This document shows, in pieces, positions 11,598 through 21,308 of a stretch of 38,527 bases of DNA. Under the pieces are notes generated by a model, which was not told where the DNA came from, did no database searches, and saw only the letters and a list, made by a program, of their open reading frames with translations. The position numbers and the translations under genes are program-made. Origin of the DNA: Octopus sinensis (taxonomy: Eukaryota); NCBI RefSeq assembly GCF_006345805.1, contig NW_021833223.1, positions 1 through 38,527 of the forward strand, read 5' to 3'. The stretch's first letter is position 1; each line of letters opens with the position of its first letter.

Positions 11598-11697
11598 TCT
11601 TTTACTGATGAAGTGTAACCTATGGTAGATTGGCTTAATTTAATTTAATTAAGCTAATTTAATCATTAATGACAGAAACGTTGCAACGTCTAAAAGA
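11598..11697 (+). ncRNA. Type I hammerhead ribozyme, right arm copy 1 (2-nt deletion in stem II 3' strand)
   Basis: TCTTTTA-CTGATGA at 11598-11611, GACAGAAACGTTGCAACGTC-TAAAAGA at 11671-11697. Confidence 0.75.
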
Positions 11698-12064
11698 AGA
11701 ATTAGGGTAAATGTTTTTAAATTTTCACCTAATTTCTGAATTACTAATACTTGGCGGTGTGAGTTGTGGCTGCTCTTTCTGGTGGACGAGTGACCTGTTA
11801 GGGTCACTCCTAAATCGTTATATTTATATATTTAGTCGATGACTATTTTCTCTTTTTCACCAGGCCGCTGGTTGCGATAAATTTCTATTGATTTTTTGCT
11901 ACCCTAAATTGACTAATTGATATTTTCTGAATAATTCTGAGATTGAATCGGCAGTTTATATTTACTGTTGATAAGTTTGGCGCGAATACGTCAGTCTGAA
12001 AATTTTAAGTCAGATATCCCGTAGGCATCTATCAGACGCCTCGTGTATATTTGTCTCTCCCAGG

Positions 12065-12165
12065 TCTTTTACTGATGAAGTGTAACCTATGGTAGATTGG
12101 CTTAATTTAATTTAATTAAGCTAATTTAATCATAATGACACAGAAACGTTGCAACGTCTAAAAGA
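12065..12165 (+). ncRNA. Type I hammerhead ribozyme, right arm copy 2
   Basis: TCTTTTA 12065-12071, CTGATGA 12072-12078, GAAA 12143-12146, GTC 12156-12158, TAAAAGA 12159-12165. Confidence 0.87.
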
Positions 12166-12531
12166 AGAATTAGGGTAAATGTTTTTAAATTTTCACCTAA
12201 TTTCTGAATTACTAATACTTGGCGGTGTGATTTGTGGCTGCTCTTTCTGGTGGACGAGTGACCTGTTAGGGTCACTCCTAAATCGTTATATTTATATATT
12301 GTCGATGACTATTTTCTCTTTTTCACCAGGCCGCTGGTTGCGATAAATTTCTATTGAATTTTTTGCTACCCTAAATTGACTAATTGATAATTTTCTGAAT
12401 AATTCTGAGATTGAATCGGCAGGTTATATTTACTGTTGATAAGTTGGCGCGAATACGTCAGTCTGAAAATTTTAGTCAGATATCCCGTAGGCATCTATAC
12501 AGACGCCTCGTGTATATTTGTCTCTCCCAGC

Positions 12532-12631
12532 TCTTTTACTGATGAAGTGTAACCTATGGTAGATTGGCTTAATTAATTAATTAAGCTAATTTAATCATTA
12601 ATGACACAGAAACGTTGCAACGTCTAAAAGA
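12532..12631 (+). ncRNA. Type I hammerhead ribozyme, right arm copy 3
   Basis: TCTTTTA 12532-12538, CTGATGA 12539-12545, GTC 12622-12624, TAAAAGA 12625-12631. Confidence 0.87.
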
Positions 12632-12846
12632 AGAATTAGGGTAATGTTTTTAAATTTTCACCTAATTTCTGATTACTAATACTGGTTGGCGTGTGAGTTG
12701 TGGCTGCTCTTTCTGGTGGACGAGTGACCTGTTAGGGTCACTCCTAAATCGTTATATTTATATATTAGTCGATGACTATTTTCTCTTTTTCACCAGCCGC
12801 TGGTTGCGATAAATTTCTATTGAATTTTTTGCTACCCTAAATTGAC

Positions 12847-12848
<2 letters not shown>

Positions 12849-12899
<51 letters not shown>

Positions 12900-13790
12900 T
12901 GTATGTATGTATGTATATGCATGTATGTATACGTTTGTATGTGTGTGTGTGTATTATGAACAGCTCAAATCCAAAACGAAGTGAAAGCTTGAAATATCCA
13001 CGCTTCTTTTTACAGTACATTTACGAAAACTACTTCCATATAAATATACATACACGTGTGTGCGTACGTATTTGTTGCGTATAGAAACACATATATATAA
13101 TATATGTATATTCGTATTTATATCAAACATGCATGTATATACGTATGAATGTAATGTATTTATGTATGTATATGACGTCCATACACATTCTCAAACAAAC
13201 TTATAAATTCTTTTACATTTATATATTCCGATTCCAATTTATCTTACTTTCGAAAAAGTTTCACAATAGCTGTCGCTATGAAAGTATGTGTGTGTGAGTG
13301 AGTGGTTGTGTGTGTGTTTGTATTTATATAAATATATACACTACATACATTCATATGTATATATACATATGTCTGTATTTATGTATGTATGTATGTATGT
13401 ATGTATGTATGTATGTATATATATATACCATACATATATATGCACAGATATACATATGTACATATATATAAACATATACATATATATATGAACAATGTTT
13501 ATCACCTATGTATATAGGATGTAAATAATGTACATTTACACATACACACATATAGACACACAGCACACACACAAATATACGCATACACACACATGTATAC
13601 ACACATATTTACAAATATTAATATATATATATATAAACGTACATATATACATATGTTTAACTCCTAAGTATACAGAATGTAAATAATCTATATTTACACA
13701 CATACGCACGCATATATTCATATATATATATATATATGAAGAGAGTGAGAGAGAGAGATATATGATATATAGGGAGAGAGTGAGACAGAC
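12849..13790. repeat. Microsatellite-rich tract: (AT)n, (TATG)n, (TG)n, (CA)n, (GA)n
   Basis: Direct reading, with short unique spacers. The first (AT)n is the right flank of the array. Confidence 0.9.
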
Positions 13791-14439
13791 AGAGAGAATC
13801 AGAGAAGGTGGCATTCTCAAAGTGGCGCCTTCACGTAAGTAAGATAAATTTGTTTCTTAATAATTAATGCGCAATGACATCCTAAAATGTGTATCAAAGC
13901 TCTCTGCATTTCCGGCAACCAAGAATAATAATGTTTCGAGGCTTGGAAATATTACAATGTTGCCATTTTGTAATAAACGATATTCTGGACAATTAAATTT
14001 CGAAGAATTATTATGAAACTTAAGATAACTACAGAATAAAGAATAGTAATAAAAATTTGAAAAGAAACAAATTAACGCAATATATTCCTGTATAGAATTT
14101 TAACGAAACTTTACTCAAAAGTAAATTTCACCCACTATATTAATACAATATTTTGAAATAGAAACTCAATAAAGAGGGCGTCATCCACAAGACTTGGATA
14201 TTACTCGACCACTTGAGTTCTATAGTATTAAGAAATGATTCAAGCACTTCCTACACACCGTACTTAGAAGTGCAATACTTGCAAAATACTACTTACAACG
14301 GTAGCTGCTTAAACGGCAAATATCTTAGAAAATGCGAGGTATGTCAGCTTAAAGTGAAATTGAGATATTTTACTTTGCCATAGGTCCGTGCGTTTCACAC
14401 ACTAACAATTTATATTTTCTTATCATAAAATCACCCTGG

Positions 14440-14836
14440 TTTTAATTATGAATGTGAAGATAAGTTATTTGGGTGTGCTGAAAAGTTCCTGGCTTTCGGT
14501 GAAAGAAAACAGAATCTTTTATGATTTTATGCAACATATTTCCCTCTTGTATTCACACAGTTATTGCTGTGGTTCTTCAGTTTTTCTAAGTTCTGTAAAA
14601 GAACTAGGAAGGTTCTTACACAATAATTCATATTATTGTTTCTTTGTGTCCAATTATTCCTCACTATTTTACAACGTTACATTATTATTCAAAATCATTA
14701 CTATACACATTAATACATATATACATTATATACATTAATACATATATACACACACATACATGTGTGTGTACTTTTATCGAAAGCCAGGAACTTTTCAGCA
14801 CATCCAAATATCTTATCTTCACATTCATAATTAAAA
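14440..14836. mobile_element. MITE-like element with 66-bp terminal inverted repeats, partly mariner-like
   Basis: 14440-14505 and 14771-14836 are reverse complements with 4 mismatches. The inner part GTGCTGAAAAGTTCCTGGCTT resembles a mariner-type TIR. TTAA lies near both outer ends. Confidence 0.7.
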
Positions 14837-15194
14837 AAAGGTCGATTTTATAACAAAATAAGGGTGAAACTAGAGCAGGTGCAGGGACTATCAAGAAGTA
14901 GCACGGAACCTCAGAAATTCCGCGTTGCTGCCCTGTATCCTGGAAGACCTTTCTAAGTGAAGCACACTTCGACTTTTATCAAAGACTAGCTCTGGGAGAA
15001 GGTCCCAATAATATAAAACCAGTGCACATGTTGAGCAAATTTTGCATGCACTGGAGATCGTTCTGTCCCAACACTTGTTTGCTTGAGACCAATATTGGTA
15101 CTGGACATGTTGCCCTGGTTTGACTTTGGACCATGTCAATGGAGTGAAGAGGGTCTGTCAGATGTTGTACAAGTCATATTGAATCTAAAGTTTA

Positions 15195-15585
15195 TGAGTT
15201 CGAGTCTCATGGCTGGCTGGCTGGTAACGAATTTTTCTGCAATATATGGATAGTTTATCCTGTTCATTCTATTGTATTAGTATTATCATACGTTTGAGAA
15301 AAATTATTTCTGTATTTTTCAATGCTTCTAAATTACTTTCATCGTATGTTGAATTTAATGTTAGCATCTTATAAAGCTAAATTTATAAATCCTAAAATTG
15401 CAAAACAAAACCTTACTGAGCAGTTTAAGTTAAAGATAAAGCACTTGACACGTAATCACAGGGATGTGAGTTCGAGTCTCGTAGCTGGCTGGTAACAAAT
15501 TTTTTCTGCAATATATGGATAGTTTATCCTGTTCATGCTATTTTATTAGCACTATCATGCGTTTGAGAATAAATTATTTCTGTAT
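15195..15585 (+). repeat. Two diverged direct repeats (~120 bp) each starting at a tRNA B-box-like motif
   Basis: 15195-15315 and 15467-15585 both read TGAGTTCGAGTCTC...GCTGGCTGGTAAC...GGATAGTTTATCCTGTTCAT...AAATTATTTCTGTAT. Confidence 0.8.
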
Positions 15586-15694
15586 CATATGTATGTATAT
15601 ATATATTCTAAGCACAGCTACACACAATAGTAAAGATCCTTATTATTATTAACAAGACTTAGTAAGTTTATATGCTCTGCCATTCATAAATCTA

Positions 15695-16109
15695 TACTCT
15701 TACTCTTTTACTCTTTTACTTGTTTCAGTCATTTGACTGCGGCCATGCTGGAGCACCGCCTTTAATCGAGCAACTCGACCCCGGGACTTATTCTTTTGTA
15801 AGCCCAGTACTTATTCTATCAGTCTCTTTTGCCGAACCGCTAAGTAACGGGGACATAAACACACCAGCATCGGTTGTCAAGCAATGCTAGGGGACAAACA
15901 CAGACACACAAACACACACACGCATATATATATATATACATATATACGACGGGCTTCTTTCAGTTTCCGTCTACCAAATCCACTCACAAGGCTTTGGTCG
16001 GCCAGAGGCTATAGTAGAAGACACTTGCCCAAGATGCCACGCAGTGGGACTGAACCCGGAACCATGTGGTTGGTAGACAAGCTACTTACCACACAGCCAC
16101 TCCTGCGCC
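15695..16109 (-). mobile_element. Full-length tRNA-derived SINE (family A)
   Basis: Minus strand: GGCGCAGGAGTGGCTGTGTGGT (A box), GGTTCAGTCC (B box), CTTGGGCAAGTGTCTT (CORE-like), internal TA/TG tract, (AAGAGTA)n tail. Confidence 0.93.
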
Positions 16110-16831
16110 TATATCAATTTATTTTGAATAACGCAACCTAAAACACTATCAATATCAACATTTGTCTCCATACCTATTATATTCCTTATATTTAATTTAC
16201 GTTTAGCTTAGTTTTTGTCCGTTTTGACTTGACTTTCTCAAATTTATTTTAAGGTAAATAATTTCTCGTTATTTCCTCTGGCTCTGCGAAGCGTATTTAC
16301 CAATCGTGTCACTCAACCTAAAATTCAATTACTCTTTGTCATCTTTTGTCTTAAATATATTTATATCTTACATTTTAATTCCACTTAGCGACCTTGTCTT
16401 TCTGTTCCTTCTGGCGGCTCTAGAATGTTTGTTTACACCTTGACTTACCCTTCCCATTATTTTATTTTACTTCATCAACCATTCTGTAAACTATAATCAT
16501 TTTCACCTGCCAGGATTAACGCTTACGCTTCCGCTAGTATTCAAGTATAATCTCTTAACGGAAGTTTCCAAATGTTTCACGTATTTTAAGGAATATTTTC
16601 AAATACTTTCATATACAGCAGTTTTACCTACAAGTTGTTCCCCTTTGTGATTCAATTGATAGCTGTATACACTTTAATGTTGCTTAGCGATTTTTTTTTA
16701 ATCATTAAATATGCATTCACCTCATCAAATGAACAACTGTAGTTTGTTCTAACATACATTGAAATAATTAACTCATGTTTTCCCTATACATACATACACC
16801 ATGCATACATACATACAAACATGTAAATGCA

Positions 16832-16868
<37 letters not shown>

Positions 16869-16873
16869 TATAC

Positions 16874-16904
<31 letters not shown>

Positions 16905-16912
16905 TATATGTA

Positions 16913-17144
16913 GAGGCGCAATGGCCTAGTGGTTAGGCAGCAGACTCGCGGTCGCAGGATCGCGGTTTCGATTCTCAGACCGGGCGTTGTGTGTGTTTAT
17001 TGAGCGAAAACACCTAAAAAGCTCTACGAGGCTCCGCAGGGGGGGGGGTGATCCCTGCTGTACTTTTTCACCACAATGGCGGTGCCCCAGCATGGCCACA
17101 GCTCAAGAGCTGAAACTGGAAAACAAAAAAACAAAAAAACAAAC
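16913..17144 (+). mobile_element. tRNA-derived SINE (family D head joined to a family-A-like 3' end)
   Basis: GAGGCGCAATGGCCTAGTGGTTAGG head, GGTTTCGATTC B box, 3' GGCGGTGCCCCAGCATGGCCACAGC shared with family A tails. Confidence 0.8.
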
Positions 17145-17257
17145 ATATATATATATATATATATACATATATATATACGTATATATATGTATATATATTA
17201 ATATTTATATATATATATATATATAACATATATATTTATATATATACATTTTTGTTT

Positions 17258-17325
<68 letters not shown>
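17145..17325. repeat. (TA)n microsatellite
   Basis: Direct reading. Confidence 0.95.
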
Positions 17326-17330
<5 letters not shown>

Positions 17331-17416
17331 CCCTATCACTATTGAGAGAGATCAGAGGTGAGTATTCTCGCCTAACGCTTTCAGGTGTTTTTTACACCAG
17401 GGTAATGAGGGAGTGA

Positions 17417-17738
17417 GAGGCGCGTGGCTTAGTGGTTAGGGCATTCGGCTCACGATTGTAAGGTCGTGAGTTCAATTCCCAGCGACGCGTTGTGTCCTTG
17501 AGCAAGACACTTCATTTCACGTTGCTCCAGTTCACTCAGCTGGCAGAAATGAGTTGTACGTGTATTTCAAAGGGCCGGCCTTGTCACACTCAGTGTCACA
17601 TTGAATCTCCCCGAGAACTACGTTAAGGGTACGCGTGTCTGTGGATTGCTCAGTCACTTGCACGTTAATTTCACGAGCAAGCTGTTCCGTTGATCGTATC
17701 AGCTGGGACCCTCATCGTCGCAACCGACGGAGTGCTCC
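17417..17738 (+). mobile_element. tRNA-derived SINE (family C)
   Basis: GAGGCGCGTGGCTTAGTGGTTAGGG A box, GAGTTCAATTCCC B box, CCTTGAGCAAGACACTTCATTTCACGTTGCTCCAG CORE-like segment. Confidence 0.88.
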
Positions 17739-17989
17739 GAATGAGGGAGTATCCCCCAAGGCGCTATTCCGCAGCGAACCGGTGAACAAACGAAGCATAT
17801 ACATTGAGTGCAACGGATAATATTTTAGCGTGTATGTGTGCGTATGTATATTTCTCTATATATGTATGTATATCTACTCATGTACAGTATGCACAGAAAA
17901 AATCCCGTTCGGAAAAATGAAGTAGAAATGTAAATATCTTTATTATTTTGTATTTTCTTTCCTTAATTTTGGACAGTACTGTATATGGC

Positions 17990-18768
17990 GTGTGTGGCCG
18001 AGTGTGTGTGCGTTTGTGAGTGTGTGTGTATGTGTGTGTGAGTGTGTGTGCGTTTGTGAGTGTGTGTGTGCGTTTCTGAGTGTGTGTGTGTGTGTGAGTG
18101 TGTGTGCGTTTGTGAGTGAGTGTGTGTGTGTGTGTGAGTGTGTGTGCGTTTGTGTGTGTGTGTGTGAGTGTGTGTGAGTGTGTGAGTGTGTGTGCGTTTG
18201 TGTGTGTGTGTGAGTGTGCGTGCGTTTGTGAGTGTATGTGCGTTTGTGAGTGTGTGTGTGTGTGTGAGTGTGTGTGCGTTTGTGTGTGTGTGTGAGTGTG
18301 CGTGCGTTTGTGAGTGTATGTGTGTGTGAGTGTGTGTGTGTGTGTGAGTGTGTGTGCGTTTGTGTGTGTGGTGAGTGTATGTGCGTTGTGAGTGTGTTGT
18401 GTGTGTGAGTGTGTGTGCGTTTGTGGTGTGTGTGGGAGTGTGCGTGCGTGTTGTGAGTGTATGTGTGTGTGAGTGTGTGTGTGTGTGTGAGTGTGTGTGC
18501 GTTTGTGTGTGTGTGTGAGTGTGTGTGCGTTTGTGAGTGTGTGTGTGTGAGTGTGTGTGCGTTTGTGAGTGTGTGTGTGAGTGTGTGTGCGTTTGTGTGT
18601 GTGTGTGAGTGTGTGTGCGTTTGTGAGTGTGTGTGTGTGAGTGTGTGTGCGTTTGTGAGTGTGTGTGTGTGAGTGTGTGTGCGTTTGTGAGTGTGTGTGT
18701 GTGAGTGTATGTGCGTTTGTGAGTGTGTGTGTGTGAGTGTGTGTGCGTTTGTGTGTGTGTGTGTGTGC
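17990..18768. repeat. Complex (TG)n-derived minisatellite (units such as GTGAGTGTGTGTGCGTTT)
   Basis: Direct reading. Source of the 287-aa HT-repeat ORF. Confidence 0.95.
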
Positions 18769-18975
18769 ATTTGTGTCAGTGTTTGTACCCCATCATCACT
18801 TGACAACTGCTATTGGTGTGTTTACATCTCCATAACGAAGCGGTTCGCCAAAAGATATCGATAAATACAAGGCTTAAACCAATGTCCTGGGGTCGATTCA
18901 CTCGGCTAAAAATTCTTCAAGGTGGTGCCCCAGCATGGCCGAGGTCGAATGAGTGAAATAATTAACAGACAAAGG
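18769..18975 (+). mobile_element. 3' half of family A SINE
   Basis: CACTTGACAAC...TGGTGTGTTTACATC...GCGGTTCGCCAAAAG...GGGGTCGATT...GGTGCCCCAGCATGGCC. Confidence 0.8.
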
Positions 18976-19373
18976 ATACCAACACATAGGAGTGAATGCA
19001 CCGCTTCTAAAGTGCGTATAGCAATTGCATATATTATTGATTAATTAGATGAATATTAACATTCATTGCGAAAATGTCTTCGCAACGTCAATCAGCTGTG
19101 TCATGTGAGAAATAAACGTCTAGGAAGGTGTGCGAGAAAGCGTCGAAGGTGTAAGGAAATATAAGAGGAGAAGGTAAATGAAGAAAAGCAAAAAAAAAAA
19201 AAACAGACAAAAAACGAAGGTGTCAGCTTCAATTAATATACAAAAGTAAAAAGATAGACGAAAGGAAAAGAAAAGAAGGCAAGTAAACAAAAAAACAGAA
19301 ACACATAAACAACCACACAACAACACTGTTTTAAGTTAGACATTTAACCTATTCTATTTCGTCAGTCTCTCTT

Positions 19374-19428
<55 letters not shown>

Positions 19429-19526
19429 TACACACGACTCACAGACAAACGTACTCGTGTGCGCAATGCTATACTTCGAATTCAAAGAATATTGGACACT
19501 TCAATATTTATATATATATACGATGA

Positions 19527-19613
19527 ATATATAACCAATATATAACCAATATATAACCAATATATAACCAATATATAACCAATATATAACCAATATATAA
19601 CCAATATATAACA
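19527..19613. repeat. 11-bp minisatellite (ATATATAACCA) x7 plus partial
   Basis: Perfect units start at 19527, 19538, 19549, 19560, 19571, 19582 and 19593. Confidence 0.95.
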
Positions 19614-19715
19614 AAAGGTGAAGCACCACCTTTAGTCGAACAAATCGACCCCAGGATTTATTCTTTGTAAGGCTATTATCAAGCGATGATGGGGGCACAG
19701 ACACAAAAAACATTC
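19614..19715 (-). mobile_element. Internally deleted family A SINE fragment
   Basis: AGCACCACCTTTAGTCGAACAAATCGACCCCAGGATTTATTCTTTGTAAG joined to TCAAGCGATG...GCACAGACAC. Confidence 0.75.
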
Positions 19716-19734
19716 ATATATATATATATATATA

Positions 19735-20150
19735 TACTCTTTTACTCTTTTACTTGTTTCAGTCATTTGACTGCGGCCATGCTGGAGCACCGCCTTTAGT
19801 CGAGCAAATCGACCCCGGGACTTATTCTTTGTAAGCCCAGTACTTATTACATCGGTCTCTTTCGCCGAACCGCTAAGTGACGGGGACGTAAACACACCAG
19901 CATCGGTTGTCAAGCAATGCTAGGGGGTCAAACACACACACACACACACACACAAACACACACGCATACACATATATACACATATATACATATATACGAC
20001 AGGCTTCTTTCAGTTTCCGTCTACCAAATCCACTCACAAGGAATTGGTCGGCCCGAGGCTATAGCAGAAGACACTTGCCCAAGATGCCACGCAGTGGGAC
20101 TGAACGCAGAACCATGTGGTTGGTTAGCAAGCTACTTACCACACAGCCAC
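19735..20150 (-). mobile_element. Full-length tRNA-derived SINE (family A)
   Basis: Colinear and highly similar to 15695-16109. Confidence 0.93.
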
Positions 20151-21275
20151 TTTATTTAAAAGGAGCAGAAATTCAACAAAACCTGTTACTCGGAGTTTCA
20201 TGTTCCCATTCGTCGGACAGTTTTTTCTAAAAATAGAACCGATATGCCAATTCTATCAAGACTAGTATAAAAGTTACACCTTTAAAAATAAGATTAAATT
20301 AAGATAAAATTTTAAAAGCAGAATAATAAATGAAAGGGAAATTGGGAAAAACCTCTAAAAATGCCGAGATGAACGTTAAAAAAAGATAGAAAAAACGTTT
20401 ATGTATTTCGAGCGCAAAACCCCATCTTTTGAAGTGTACATTCAAAGCTATGTCTGTTTACGTAGATCGGCCGTGACCCCGTTCTAATCCGGTGAATGTA
20501 CTAGTAGCAGCGGCTTGCAAATAATGGTACTGTTGATGCCAAACAAATAAATGTATAAACAACATAAAAAATAGGTAAATAACTATGTTACTTTCTCCAT
20601 TTTACACTCCTTCGCTCCAATAGTATTCTCTCTCTAAAAGTCTTATAGAAAATTCGCTAAATTTCTTGCAGCTTTTCTTGTATCTACACACTTAAAACAT
20701 ATGTCAACATAATAATTTGGATTTCTTTTAACACGCTAACGGCGTATCACATTTACTTGACTTTTAAATAGTAAATATTATTTTCCAATTCCTTCTTTCT
20801 TTTGTTACTTCACAATATCTATTCCATATGAAAGCCATTCCTTCATTTATTTCATCAGCTGCATTAATATGCCTATGTGTAATTAACATCCATTCTATCG
20901 TTGTCTGTTCTACTTTTTATTTGCCAAACATGAAATGAAATTAGCATATAATGAGCTACCTTTCTGGTTTAATATTCATAATTTTCCCTGCCAGCTAGAT
21001 GTAAGACCTACATCATTATTATATGATATATACATACCACACACACACACACACAACATATATATATAATATATTATATATATAATATATACACATATAT
21101 ACATACACATAATTTTTATATATATATATATATACATACATATATAATAATAAATATAGGGAAGAAATCCAAACTTACAGGGAAAATCAGATTTAGGATT
21201 GAATCCAATTTTATAGTAAAATATTATATTATATTAAATTAGAGACAATTTAATATAATATATATGTATATATAT

Positions 21276-21307
<32 letters not shown>

Positions 21308-21308
<1 letters not shown>

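Larger units (their letters stand above)
11171..12850 (+). repeat. Tandem array, right arm: ~3.5 copies of the same unit in inverted orientation
   Basis: Reverse complement of the left-arm unit. Mirrors 9369-11065 and ends GACTAAT into (AT)n. Confidence 0.97.

Noticed and set aside
6104-12850. CRISPR array, rDNA/5S, snRNA or histone tandem cluster
   Set aside because: No repeat-spacer pattern, no recognisable rRNA or snRNA motifs, no ORF, and a eukaryotic context.
14890-15140. GC-richer segment with 82-aa minus ORF
   Set aside because: No recognisable domain or splice structure.
15884-16141. Recurrent ORFs such as MPKMPRSGTEP and MTTDAGVFTSP (also 19632, 19907, 33706, 34057)
   Set aside because: Chance frames within SINE copies, not a gene family.
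17943-18806. 287-aa His/Thr-rich ORF
   Set aside because: Translation of a (CA)n-type minisatellite.
19058-19096. Minus-strand CUGAUUGA with a 7-bp hairpin and GAAU
   Set aside because: Core has an insertion and a substitution, and there is no stem I complementarity.
20765-20920. Minus-strand 50-codon open frame (VEQTTIEWMLITHRH...WNRYCEV)
   Set aside because: No start, no credible acceptor, no recognisable family. Possibly an old LINE relic.
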